A stretch of 64,000 nt of DNA from Dendrobates tinctorius (GCF_039654945.1 NW_027361868.1:11842001-11906000), one strand, 5' to 3'. Shown: positions 22,200 to 34,958, counted from the stretch's first letter. The notes: a model not told the origin generated them from the sequence alone. Numbers and translations are program-made.

Positions 22200-22563
22200 G
22201 ACCGCAGCACCATGTACTTGTATCACTGAACAGGGCATGTCAAAACGGGACCAACCGTATATATATATATATATATATACACACCTTGAACAGTAACGGT
22301 ATACATGGAGTCTTATGCTGGCTGACCATATATATGCTTTATATAGTGACTATGCAACAATGGAGACCCACAAATGGGTAATATAGTAACTGCACATTAG
22401 GTCGTTTGGGAACCGAACGTGTGTGTATATATATATATATACTGTAACTGTATACATCCAATTAACACCCACAGTATACATGACTTGTATAGTAACTACA
22501 TCAGGTCATATGGGACTGACCGTATGTACGCCTTGTTTAGCAGCCGTATGTGAACAATGAAGA

Positions 22564-22569
22564 AATAAA
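22564..22569 (+). terminator. Candidate TBCC polyadenylation signal AATAAA
   Basis: First AATAAA seen downstream of the TBCC stop (~365 nt). Confidence 0.45.
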
Positions 22570-22597
22570 TTGTGCAAGCTGCAAAATACAACATTAA

Positions 22598-22897
22598 AGG
22601 GGTTGTCTTATTAAGAATTCTCTTCATTCACGAAAACGGAGTGATTTTTTTATTCTGAAGCATATAGTTTGTTCCCATGGTTACCAGCCATTTCAGATAC
22701 CTATTTCCTAGCACAGTGCTTAGTGACCCTGCACGCCTCCAGCTAGCAGCATCTGTGAGAGCGCAGCATATGGGCCAGCAGCTCGCTCAGCCAGGCCAGC
22801 GGCCCCAACTGTCAATCATCAGGAGCACACTGCCTCCCAACAAGCTGATAGGTAGAGGACCTATGTGTGCCTGAAGATTTAAATTAAGACAACCCTT
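22598..22897. mobile_element. Kolobok/T2-like MITE
   Basis: TTAA|AGGGGTTGTCTT ... AAGACAACCCTT|TTAA. Confidence 0.75.
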
Positions 22898-24974
22898 TTA
22901 AGTATACCAACAAGTAGCCCAATAGAAGAAGCAGCTGAGCAAGAAAAATTGAGTTTATTAATATTTCAGCAAAACATAGACATGAAAATGATCAAGTGAC
23001 TGAAAAGTGTTAAGATTTAATCTTGAATTTTGCAGCAGACACAAATTTCTGTTTCATAGTTCGTATACACTGTTTGGTTGTGAGCGGTTTCATGTACTCT
23101 CATAGGAACGGTTCAAACATTTTTTGCTGTTTTTATACAGCAACCATATACATCAAGACAAAGGGAAACTGACCGTGTATAAGTCCCGTGTGATATCTGT
23201 ATACATCCCTTAGATGGAGACTTCTAGTAAACAGTATATAACAAATGAAGACCACCGTATTTATGCCTTGCATAAAAACCAAATACTTCAGCCCCAGCAT
23301 ATATAAATGGCTTGAATAGTAATTGTATACATGAATAGGATTGTCTCATATTTGCTCTTCAGGAGCGCACTGCCCTACTGCCTCTTGATTTCTTGCTTGC
23401 TGGAGGCAGCGCACTCCTAAAGATTGTTGATTTGGGCCAGTGGCATGGCCTAGAACTTCTGACGCAAACTTCGTGCTCTTCCAATGTTGCTAGGAAAAGG
23501 CTCTGAGGTTGGTCAGATCCAGCTAGTTCCAGAGCAACACTTACGGACTCTATAGCAAATGGTTTGTAAGTGTTTGCTCCTTGACTAGGACATCGGCCAC
23601 TGCTGATACACTGTAGAGGTGTCCGGTAACCTAGGCAATGTGCTGTAAACTATCAAAGGAAAAATCACTCTGGTCTTGAGAACTGAGACAATTTTTAATA
23701 TGAAGTAAATTGCAAAGTTGCTTGTTCTTAAAATCAAATTGCAGTTCTAACCATTTACAATTGAAACAATCCTATCAAGTCAAACGGAGAGCCATCATGT
23801 ATAGGATTTGTACAGTAGCAATGTATATCCAGTCAGAGGGAGCTCGACCGTATCTATGCCTTGTGTATAAATTCTCTGCTGTGCCTTCAGTGATACTGAC
23901 TCCATTCAGTCTATTTATTATTCGTTTACTCAACACCTAATATAATATTGTCAATCGATGGTTCTGTTTATTGCAACGTTTGGTATATCTGGCGACATCT
24001 ACTCCAGTGCCACCTTCAGGTCTCCATCATCGATGCTGCCCAGTGTCACCAGGTCACTTCCCCAACTCACAATACATAGTTTTGATCAATGTGTCTCTTT
24101 TTGTAAAGCTGAATAAATGTTGGAAGATAAAATGGCGCTTTGGAAAAATACCACAATTAATGCTGAGTAACGTTACTTTTCCTGTACGGCTTTTCAGTCA
24201 CATGACATTCAGAAGTGAACTGAGAGATCTTCTGGTTTCTTGTTCGCTGTGGGGTCGCAGGTGCTCACGTTTCTTCAGTGTCTGATTTTACGTCGTGTAA
24301 TAGGAGATTTAGAGGCTGTATATTGCGCGTTATAGAAAAGACTGCGCCACAATCAAGAAATTAAATGGAAAAAAAAGACAAATATATTTCCTTGTTAAAA
24401 ATAAAAAAAACAGTGATACTTTCCCATAAAGCTCACATCGTATAATTGTTCTTCAATGTGAAGATTAAACGAAGTTGATGGTTCTACCCTGTATGGGTGC
24501 AGATTCCAGTACAAAGGTCTGACCTCCAGACTTTTTACATTGGTTCACCGTTTGCATAAAATGTGATCAATGGGAGCAGATTTCCACAGTCATATAAGGG
24601 GAGATGGGATATCTCAATAAGGGCCTCATCCTGACTGATATAACAAGATTTCCCAGAAACCTCTACTGAAAAACATTACATAGGAAAATACAAAGAGGGT
24701 ATTTTCTGTGTGTGACATAGCTGGGTGCTGTCCAGGATGAGAGCCAAGAGCACGGACTAGAAGAACATTATATTTATACCAATATTTTCTGCAGTATCAC
24801 AGTTTTCCTTACTATTCATTGAGAGCAGAGCAGATTTCTAGAGTATTATAAAGGGCTAGTCCAGTACTTGGACAACTGCTTCTTAAATAGAAAAAATACC
24901 CTATACTCACCTCTAGCACCATGTCTCTCGTAACATTGTTATTCTACATAAGACCTGCAGCCAGTAACCACAAA

Positions 24975-25230
24975 TTTTTTTTTATATAGCGCTAATGTAT
25001 TCCGCAGCGCTTTACAGTTTGCACACATTATCCTCAATGTCCCAGATGGGGCTCACAATCTAAATTCCCTATCAGTATGTCTTTGGAATGTGGGAGGAAA
25101 CCGGAGAACCCGGAGGAAACCCACGCAAACATGGGGAGAACAGACAAACTCCTTGCAGATGTTGTCCTTGGTGGGATTTGAACCCAGGACCCCAGCGCTG
25201 CAATGCTATCCACTGAACCACTGTGCTGCC
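24975..25230 (-). mobile_element. tRNA-derived V-SINE
   Basis: Minus strand: A-box-like GTGGTTCAGTGG, B box GGTTCAAATCC, V-domain-like GCGTGGGTTTCCTCCGGGTTCTCCGGTTTCCTCCCACA, tail TGTAAAGCGCTGCGG...GCGCTATATAAAAA. Confidence 0.85.
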
Positions 25231-26254
25231 GGGCTGCAGCGCTTACGCCCCGGACAGCTAAGGAAGTGAGAACACAGCGGCTCAATAGCAGCCACTGACC
25301 GGCTGCAGAGCTTATGACATAATAATGTTACATGAGACCAATATGAGAGGTGAGTACAGGGCATTGGTATGTTACAAGGAGGAATATAGTACTTAAGAAG
25401 GATTTGTTTTAGTAACCCTTTAATACTTCGGAAATTAAGACTTGGCCCCCAATTCATCATTGTCGTGTCTCCAGTTTTCTGAAGTAATTTGCTCTTTATT
25501 TGCAGATTTAGAGGGAACTTGTCACATGAAAAACGCAATTAACCTGCAAATATGGGGTTAATCTGCAAGTTAACCCCATCCCGACATATAACGTAATGTT
25601 ACGTCATGTTTTGCGTTGCGTTCCCACAAATGGATGTACTGGTGGTACGTCATGGCAATCGTGCGGGCCCAGTAGCTGTGCCAGCGCGATCACTGCCAGG
25701 AGCATGGCTTAAGTGATAGCTGAGACCTAGCTGTCATTGCCAGTCCGGGGCTGTTTAATCCTCTAAATTCTGCTATCAATAGTGATCTCAGAATTTAGAA
25801 GGCTCCCTTTCCCGTCCGATTGGCGCCATGGGGGCTAGATGGTTGCCATAACAGCATGAGGTCATATGACAACCTCCTGATCTGTCAGCTACGGAGGCCT
25901 GCCCATGCCAGCAGCAAGATGCTTTTGTCAGTGTAAAACTGACAGGTATAAAAGCATTGTAGTGGTGGTGCATTGCAATATATTGGACCAGTGATCAGTT
26001 ATGAAAGTTGAATTTCCATAGAGGGACTAAGTAAAAAAAAATGTTTAAAATAATTAATTGGGAAAATATTAAAAAAAAATCTAAGATCCAAAAAATGAAA
26101 TATACTGATGAATATGTATAACTAGCTGAAGAGCCCGGCGCTGCCCGGGCATAGTAACTAACTACGGTTAGTTATAACAAATTATAATGAATTTATATAT
26201 ATAAACCTGAGTGTAGAGCCCCACCCACTCCGCATAGCCACATTCACTATAATA

Positions 26255-26715
26255 TGCCACACAATCCCGTCAGCCAGAGCTACCGGACAACAACTCCTAA
26301 TATCCCACATCGTCCCGTCAGAGCCACCAGACTACTAATATCCTACATCATCCCTTCAAAGCCACCGGACTACTACCCCTAATATCCCACATCATCCCGT
26401 CAGCCAGAGGTACCGGACTACTACCCCTAATATCCCACATCATCCCGTCAGCCATAGCCACTGGACAACTTCCACTAATATCCCACATCATCCCGTCACA
26501 GCCGCCGGACTACTACCCCTAATATCCCACATCATCCCGTCAGCCAGAGCCACCGGACTACTACCTCTAATATCCCACATCATCCCGTCAGCCAGAGCCA
26601 CCGGACTACTACCCCTAATATCCCATATCATCCCGTCAGCCAGGGCCACCAGACTACTCCACCTAATATCCCACATCATCCCATCAGCCAGAGCCACCGG
26701 ACTACTACCCCTAAT
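26255..26715. repeat. 48-bp minisatellite (~10 copies)
   Basis: Unit TAATATCCCACATCATCCCGTCAGCCAGAGCCACCGGACTACTACCCC. Confidence 0.92.
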
Positions 26716-28293
26716 CAGTGGCGTAACTACCGGGGTAGCAGCCGAAGCGGTTGCTTTGGGGGCCCGGCCCATATAGGGGCCCGGGTCCCCGGCTCCAATC
26801 GGCGCTACCCGGGTAGTGCAATTAACTACAACTCCTCCCCTAGCAATGCATGTCTCTGTCACTTGCAGCCCCCCGCCGGTGCTTATTCCATCTTCAGTTC
26901 TCTGGTGTTCTTCCTGCTTTCAGCGTCCGCTCATTACCTATGCGCATAAGTAATGAACGGCTCATTACATAGGCGCATATGTAATGAGCGGCACCACGTG
27001 GACACTGAAAGAAGGAAGAACACTGCTAAGATGAGAAGATGGAACAAGCACCGCCCGGGGGCTGCAAGAGAGAGAGGTGACTGAGTATAACGGAGGGAGG
27101 CTCAGGGGCAGGCTGTCTGGCCTGGCGGGCTACCGGGTAAATATATACCAAGTGGTGCTGGGTGCTATATACCATGTGGTGCTGGGTGTTATATACCATG
27201 TGGTGCTGGGCGCTATATATATACCATGTGGTGCTGGGCGCTATATATACCATGTGGTGCTGGGCGCTATATATATACCATGTGGTGCTGGGTGCTATAT
27301 ACCATGTGGTGCTGGGTGTTATATACCATGTGGTGCTGGGCGCTATATACACCATGTGGTGCTGGGTGCTATATACACCATGTGGTGCTGGGTGTTATAT
27401 ACCATGTGGTGCTGGGCGCTATATATATACCATGTGGTGCTGGGTGCTATATACACCATGTGGTGCTGGGTGTTATATACCATGTGGTGCTGGGCGCTAT
27501 ATATACCATGTGGTGCTGGGCGCTATATACACCATGTGGTGCTGGGCGCTATATATACCATGTGGTGCTGGGTGTTATATACACCATGTGGTGCTGGGCG
27601 CTATATACATCATGGGGTGCTGGGTGTTATATACCATGTGGTGCTGGGTGTTATATACCATGTGGTGTTGGGCGCTATATACACCATGTGGTGCTGGGTG
27701 CTATATACACCATGTGGTGCTGGGTGTTATATACCATGTGGTGCTGGGCGCTATATATATACCATGTGGTGCTGGGCGCTATATACACCATGTGGTGCTG
27801 GGTGCTGTATACCATGTGCTGCTGGGTGTTATATACCATGTGGTGCTGGGCGCTATGTACACCATGTGGTGCTGGGTGCAGTATACCATGTGGTGCTGGG
27901 TGTTATATACCATGTGGTGCTGGGCGCTATATACACCATGTGGTGCTGGGTGTTATATGCCATGTGGTGCTGGGCGCTATATGCCAGGTGGTGCTGGGCG
28001 CTATATACCATGTCTTTCTGGGTGCTGGGTGCTGTATACCATGTGGTGTTGGGTCAGAAACTTAAAATATAAAATGATCAATGCTTAACTAATTTGATTG
28101 TATTGACTGAGTTACAGGATTAGGAATAATTGTGTTACATTATTTCTAATTCTGTTACTTAATGTGACTGTAGTATGCATTATCAGTAAGGGGGTGTGTC
28201 TTGAAGGGGGTGTGGTTTTGAGGGGGTGTGTCTTTAAGGGGGCCCCGTTTAAAAGTTTGCTATGGGGCCCAATCAGTTCTAGTTACGCCCCTG
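26716..28293. mobile_element. Non-autonomous hAT transposon with 8-bp TSD
   Basis: TIRs CAGTGGCGTAACTA / TAGTTACGCCCCTG; exact TSD CCCCTAAT at 26708-26715 and 28294-28301. Confidence 0.92.
27141..28055. repeat. ~23-27-bp minisatellite inside the hAT element
   Basis: Unit ACCATGTGGTGCTGGG(C/T)G(C/T)TA(TA)n with variable TA run. Confidence 0.95.
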
Positions 28294-28321
28294 CCCCTAA
28301 TATTCCACATCATCCCTTCAG

Positions 28322-29222
28322 CCTGGGGTCAGAACCAGAGCGCTGAGTGGAATGGCCCTAACTTTCATACCAGGGATCCCTTTAATAGAACCCTGGGGTG
28401 AGAATCAGAGCGCTGAGGGATTTACCCTAACTTCCATACTGGAGATCCCTTTAAGAGGCCCAGGGGTCAGAACCACAGCGCTGAGTGGAACGGTCCTAAC
28501 TTCCATACCGGGGATCCCTTTAAGAGATATCTGGGGTCAAAACCAAAGCGCTGGATGGATTTGCCCTGATTTCCATACCAATGGTCCCTTTAATAGAGGC
28601 CTGGGGTCAGTATCAGAGCATTTGAAGGCAATTGCCCTGACTTCCATACCGGGGATCCCTTTAAGAGAGGCTGGGGTCAGAACCAGAACGCTGAGTGGAA
28701 TTTCCCTCACGTCCATACCTGGGATCCCTTTAAGAGAGGCCTGGGGTCAGTACCATAGCGCTGGATGGATTTTCCCTGACTTCCATACTAATGATCCCTT
28801 TAAGAGAGGCCTGTGGTCAGAATCAGAGCGCTGAGGGATTTGCCCTAACTTCCATACCGGAGATCCCTTTAAGAGAGGCCTGGGGCAGTACTAAAACTCA
28901 GAGTGGATTTGCCCTCACTTCTGTACCGGGGATCCTTTTAAGAGAGGCCTGGGGTCAAAACCAAAGCACTGGATGGATTTGCCCTGACTTCCATACCAAT
29001 GATCCCTTTAATAGAGGCCTGGGGTCAGAACCAGAGCATTTGAAGGCAATTGCCCTGACTTCCATACCGGGGATCCCTTTAAGAGACCCTGGGGTCAGAA
29101 CCAGAGCGCTGAGTGGAACGGTCCTAACTTCCATACCGGGAATCTCTTTAAGAGAGGCCTGGCATCAAACCAAAGCGCTGGATGGATTTTCCCTGACTTC
29201 CATACCAATGATCCCTTTAAGA
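28322..29222. repeat. ~70-bp minisatellite (~13 copies) with higher-order structure
   Basis: Unit CCTGGGGTCAGAACCAGAGCGCTGAGTGGA...CCCTAACTTCCATACCGGGGATCCCTTTAAGAGAGG; starts at about 28322, 28392, 28460, 28530, 28600, 28670, 28740. Confidence 0.93.
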
Positions 29223-29609
29223 GGGAAGATGTGCCTATAAGATGGAGGATGTGTGATGGGTATATGGGCACGGGAGGGGGTGATTCATTTCTGTCATGTG
29301 CTCTCTGCTCCTTTCTGGGGGGCAGACGATGGCTGGAGCTTATGTTCCCGGGGATGCTAGATTTCTCCCACCATGTCACTGTCTGCTGAGGTGTTGTCAT
29401 GCAGTGAGAAAACTGTTGGTCATAGCAACAAATCACACCTCAGCTTCTTTTGAACAGCTCTGGTGAAATGAAAGATGCTTTGAGATTGGTTGATGATACA
29501 CACACACACACACACTCAATTTTATATATAGAGATTATGTAAAAACAAAACCACATCTGGTATCACTAAGTCCGGAACAATCTGATCTATAAAATTGTCA
29601 CATAGTTAA

Positions 29610-30100
29610 AGGGGTTGTCCGGCCAAAACCGATAAGTCTGCAGTCACTCTGCGTGACTGCAGATTCGCCAGTTTCAGACCCGTGACCGGAGGGTATGTAT
29701 GAGTCACACATACCCTCGGCCAGTGGGCACAGTCTCGCAACCTGCCATCTCCAACTACATCTCGATGTTTTACAATAACGCCATTTATTGTTTTAATGTG
29801 ATCAAATAAAGACTTTATTTTAAGCTTGAAGTGGATTTTTAACCTTTTCAAGTCAGTTATCCTCTAGTCTAGCAGAGACTAAATCAGGTGCTTCGCTGAT
29901 GGAATCCAATCCATGTTCCTTTCAAGGTTGATCTGAAACCTCTTTAGTTTCTTTAATAACTCATCCATACCCTCCGGTCCCGCGGCTGAAACCGGCAAAT
30001 CCCCGTAGTGCACAGTGAATGTGCTTGGGGGGGGGGGGTTCATAAGTCTACTGTCACACAGAGTGACGACAGACTTATCGGTTTTGACCGGACAAACCCT
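29610..30100. mobile_element. Kolobok/T2-like MITE with an internal foreign insert
   Basis: TTAA|AGGGGTTGTCCGGCCAAAACCGATAAGTCTG ... CAGACTTATCGGTTTTGACCGGACAAACCCT|TTAA. Confidence 0.82.
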
Positions 30101-32683
30101 TTAATCCACCAAGCGAAAACTGTAAAAAAAAAATAAAGAAATACTTGTCAAAAAACTATGCTTTATCATCAAACAGCTGAAAAAAAGTGGAATAAAAGAC
30201 TGTGAAAAAGACAAATGGAAATAAAAATGGTATAGCTGAAAACGTCATCTTGTCCCGCAAAAATCAAACCATCATACAGCTCCATCAGTGGAGAGATAAA
30301 AAAGTTATAGCTCTCAGAATAAAGCGATGCAAAAATAATTATTTTTTTCTTTATTGTTTTTATTGTATAAAAGCGCCAAAACATACAAAAAATATATAAA
30401 TGTATCGCTGTAATCATACTGACCCGAAGAATATAGCTGCCTTATCAATTTTATCACACGTGGAATGATATTAAAAAATTGTTTTTGTTCATTCTGCCAC
30501 CCAAAAATTGGAATAGAAAGCGACCAAAAAATGTCATGTGCCCAAAAATGATACCTCAGCTCATCCCACAAAAAAACAAGTCATCACGTGACTCTGTCAG
30601 CCAAAATGTAGGAAAATTTTAACTCAAAATATGGCAATGCAAAAACATTTTTTTTGTTAAAAAAAAAAAGCATAAAGTTGTCTAATCACTTTTACCGCAT
30701 GAGGAACGGTGTAAAAAATAAATGCATAAAAGTGCCGTCGGCCACAGTTTTGTGCACTTTTGAAAAGAATGAGACCGCTGAACAGAGGACAGATGGACTC
30801 CAAAGTACTCTGCTGTCTCATTAGAGTGAATGTATCCCGTGGGGGTTTCATCTGAATTATGTATTTCAGATATTTAGATGTAAACCTTGATGTAAGTGCT
30901 CAGCGTAGAGAGCAGGATAAATGTGAACTGATCCAAAATGTTCTCTACCCGAAAATGCCACCAATAAAGGCTTCAACTCAACCCACAATAAAAAAGTTCC
31001 AATTGGGACCATCACCTGTTAACAGATATGTAGGGGTTATCTAAGTTACTGGAAGCAGAAAGGCACTGGAAAAGTGACACGTCTCCCACCAAAATATATC
31101 TGCACTCCCAAATCCAAATGGCCCCCTCCCTTCTGAACCCCACTGTGTGCCTAAACCGCAGTTAGCACCCACGTGCTGGCCATTAATGTAATGAGGAGAG
31201 CCCACTTGATTTATGGGTGCATGGCTCCAGAAGCATGAGCTGGGCACAATGTTTGGGCATTACAATGGCATATTTGCAATTTTCACTTTGCAACTTCCAC
31301 TGCGTGTTTGTTTCTGGAAAACCCCCATAGAGTCAAAATCGTCACTACACCCATAGATAAATGTCCGGGGGGGGGGGGTAAATTTCAATTAGATCACTTG
31401 AGGGAAGTTTCAACTGGCTCATCAGGGGCTCTGCAAATGGAGTACACAAACAAGTCCAGAAAAATCAGCGCTGCAAAAATCAAATAGCGCTCCATCCTTC
31501 CCGTGCCCTGCCGTGTGGCCAAACAGTAATGTACAGTTTTATGTAGGGTATTGCAACATTCACAAGAAGTTGTGCAACAAATTATGGGGCTTTTTTACCC
31601 ATTTCCCACATATAGGATACTGGAAAACTCAGAAAAAATAGGAAACAAATTGTGTTGTCCATTTGGGGTTGAAACGAAATTTTACTGGTAAAAAAAATGT
31701 AATTATTTTTTCTTCATCGCCCAATAGTATAAAATGTTGTGGTGTCAAAATGATCACTGCACCCCTACATGAATTAATTGAAGGGTGTAGTTTGTAATGG
31801 GGTCACCTTTGAGGGGTATCTGCCAATGTGACATGACGTTCGCAAATCGTCCCAGCAAAATCTCTACTCCAATATGGCGCTCCTTCCCTTCTGAGCTTTG
31901 CACTGTGCCTAACAAGTAGTTTCTGACTACATATAGGATATTAGCGTACTCAGGAGAAATTGCACAACAATTTTTGGGGTCCATTTTCTCCTGTTATCCT
32001 TGTGAAAATGAACAGTTTAGAACTAAAGCAACATTTTGAGGTAAAAATTGGATTTTTTTTATCTTCACGGCTCACCACACGTCTAAATAAATACCTTGAG
32101 GGGTGTAGCTTCCAAAATGTGGTCACTTTTGGGGTGTTTTCACTGTTTAGGCACATCAGGGGCTCTGGAAACACGACAAGGCATCCGCTATCTAATCCAG
32201 TCAATTTGGTTTGCCAAAAGTATAATGGCGCTCCTTCCCTTCCAAGCCCTGCAGTGCTCGCAAACAGTAGTTTTCCCCTGCATATGGGGTATCAGTGTGC
32301 TCAGGAGAAATTGCACAACAAATTGAACAGTCCATTTTATCATGTTACCCTTGTGAAAATGAAAAATTTGGTCCTAAAGCAGTGATTTTAGCCATAGAAG
32401 GATATTGCTGAAGTCCTTGTGTATTCAGTCTCCCGTTCACCCAGCCTGACTGACAGCTGCAGCTTGTACTGAGCAGTGTGAGATCTCAGCAGGGAGGAGG
32501 AACACTGAGGAGCTATCAATTAGGCTAGGTGGACAAAGCCTGAGTAGTAGAGCCTTGTTATCAGGATCTTTGGTGTCCCAGCTGTTGGACCCATTCTGTA
32601 CTGCCAAAAAAGGCAATCAAGGAGTACAGGTTTGCAATCTCTACATGTAACCAAGGGTGTTATTTGTAATATTTTTTAAACAC

Positions 32684-32685
<2 letters not shown>

Positions 32686-32733
<48 letters not shown>
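32686..32733. repeat. (TA)n microsatellite
   Basis: Uninterrupted TA run. Confidence 0.95.
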
Positions 32734-32736
<3 letters not shown>

Positions 32737-33108
32737 AAAAATGAAACTCAGACATGTCTCTGCAATTTCCCACAGACCGCTCAGTCCGCAAAATATGAAA
32801 GACGTGAATGGCCCCACAGACTATCACAGGTACGAGTGCAATCTGTAAAAGCCAAGAACATCTGACATCCGAATGAGCCCTTAGACCTATCTAACCAATC
32901 CTGTTTTCCCACTCACATTTCAAAACTAGAGTGTGTCGTAAAATGGCAAAAAATCCTATATTTTGTGCTAAAAAATGAAGTGTTGCAATTAGAAAACTGA
33001 TTGATACATTTCCACTTTAAGTTTTTTAGCAAGCTTTATTGAGATTTTCCTTTTTTTTTTTTTTTTTTTTACTTTGTTACTTAGGCTAATGTGCTAACCA
33101 GGCTATTT

Positions 33109-33122
33109 CCAGCAGATGGCAC
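33109..33122 (+). promoter_or_regulatory. Candidate CTCF site
   Basis: CCAGCAGATGGCAC matches the CTCF core consensus. Confidence 0.4.
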
Positions 33123-33910
33123 TATTCAAGTAAATTACATTCGGACCTTATACACTTATCCTGTTTAGCATTTTTCCAGCAGAAAATAAAATAAAATGTT
33201 GGGTTTTTTTTAAATCAGCCATGAAAGGAACTAAAAAATTCTTGCAAACTGCATAATGAAAGCAGGAGCCGTGATACCTAACTATACGCCGTGCATTGGG
33301 TGTTGCCTCTTTGGCATTAGATTTTTCAGCACAGATGGATACAGTTATTAAAAAGTTTCTTGTAGCAATAAATTGATGAAAAATCCAATCGCTATTAGGT
33401 TAGTTTGTCTGATGTATCGGTTACTTATCTGTCTCCACAATGTCCGCACATACTGTAGAATCTACGCCAGGTCACCGGTTTAGCTGAGGTTAGCTTACCG
33501 GTGTCCTCACTGCAAGGTTTTCATGGACTTAACGCCTCCACTGTTTGCGTGCAATGTTTGTATCCGCCCCGTTCACTGCAGCCACCATGGTGTCTGTTAG
33601 ATTTTCTCTTCTGGTCGATAGAGCTGTACGTGGGCGCCTTGAGTTGATATTTTTTATTGATACCATTTTGAGGTAGATACAATACATTGATCTCTTCTTA
33701 TTGTGAAGTTGCGGAACCCTCCCCCCCAAAAAAAAGCAATATTGACATTTAGATTTTTCTTTTCTCATTATGGCATTTATTGATCAGGTTAATTCATTTT
33801 ATATTTTGAGAGGTTGGAGCTTTACGGATGTGGAGATACCAAATTTGTGTATTTTTTTAATGTTTTTTTTTTTTATTTCTTTGTTTTTAATGGAGGAAAA
33901 GGGTGGCGAT

Positions 33911-34181
33911 TAGTGATGAGCGAGTATACTCGTTGCTCTGGTGTCCTCCAATTATTTTGGCGTGCTCGGAGATTTAGTTTTTGTCGACACAGCTGCATGC
34001 TTTGCGGCTGCTGGACAGGCTGAATACATGTGAGGAATGCCTGCTTGTTAGGGAATACCCTCATGTATTCAGGCTGTCCAGCAGCCGCAAATCATTCAGC
34101 TGAGACAATGAAAACTAAATCTCCGAGCACGTCAAAATACCTGAAGGATACCCGAGCAACGAGTATACTCGCTCATCACTA
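33911..34181. mobile_element. Palindromic hAT MITE with 8-bp TSD
   Basis: TAGTGATGAGCGAGTATACTCGTTGCTC ... GAGCAACGAGTATACTCGCTCATCACTA; TSD GTGGCGAT on both sides; a decayed relative lies at ~2615-2892. Confidence 0.92.
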
Positions 34182-34922
34182 GTGGCGATTCGAATTTTTA
34201 TATATTTAGCATTTTATTTACTTTGTTTTTTAATCCCCTTAGGGGACTTGAACCTTCGATCGTCTGAAAAACCGGAAACGCAAAAACAGAAAATTCAACC
34301 TTAATCCGTTAATGATCACCAATATAACTTTTTACTGGCCTGAGAAATAAGAGACTACATCCCTTATGGTTGAAAATGCAGCGAGTGACAGCTATATACT
34401 GTAACTGACATCTTACTGCATTGGCCAACGATTGGCATCACTCATGGCCATGTAACCCCCTAAATGCTGCTGTCAATAGTGATAGCAGCATCTAGTTGGT
34501 TAACAGCAGGAGTCTCCCTGTTTAACTCACACACTGTGATTGTGATGTGTGATCCCGGTGATTGCCATTGAAATTCAGGGGAATGGAATTCAAGGGGTTG
34601 TCCAATTTTTGGGGTTGTCCAACATATAGGCCCCTTAAAGGGAATCTATCACCATGAAAATGCAGACACCATGTCAAAGAGCAGGGGGAAAGAGGTAGCT
34701 TGATATAGAGTTTTATGAGAAAAGGTCCAGTATAACTTGAGTTTTTGTCATTTAACCCTCTACTCTTTCTGGGATTTTTGGTCCAGTAGGCGGTCCTATG
34801 AGTGATCGACAACTTTCTTTGTATAAGAGTGCATAGAGAGATAGCTGTCAGTCACTGATAGGACCACCCACTGGACCGAAAATGCCAGAAAGAGCGAATG
34901 ATGTATTTGTGTTATGTCTTGT

Positions 34923-34958
34923 TTGAAAAAGGCTTCGGAATTGAAGCTGAAACGAGTC
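34923..34958 (+). ncRNA. Decayed hammerhead-like motif
   Basis: UUGAAAA-A-GGCUUC-ggaauu-GAAGCU-GAAAC-GA-GUC; stem I not recognisable; AATAAA at 34989-34994. Confidence 0.45.

Larger units (their letters stand above)
26122..29534 (-). mobile_element. Non-autonomous Helitron (related termini), carrying minisatellites and a nested hAT
   Basis: Minus strand: A|TCTCTATATATAAAATTGAGTGTG 5' end; 3' end GCCCGGGCAGCGCCGGGCTCTTCAGCTAG|T; the last ~75 bp match 5670-5742. Confidence 0.82.

Noticed and set aside
21279-22238. 319-aa antisense ORF and other overlapping ORFs across TBCC
   Set aside because: Shadow frames of a GC-rich coding exon; no recognisable motifs.
25165-25230. A-box/B-box sequence as a tRNA gene
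   Set aside because: No full cloverleaf; continues into a V-domain and LINE-like tail, so it is a SINE head.
27026-28088. Long ORFs of 279-331 aa in all three plus frames
   Set aside because: Translation of a stop-free minisatellite; the same peptides rotate between frames.
28352-29240. 160-aa and 149-aa repetitive ORFs
   Set aside because: Translations of the 70-bp array; the unit is not a multiple of 3, so no frame is conserved.
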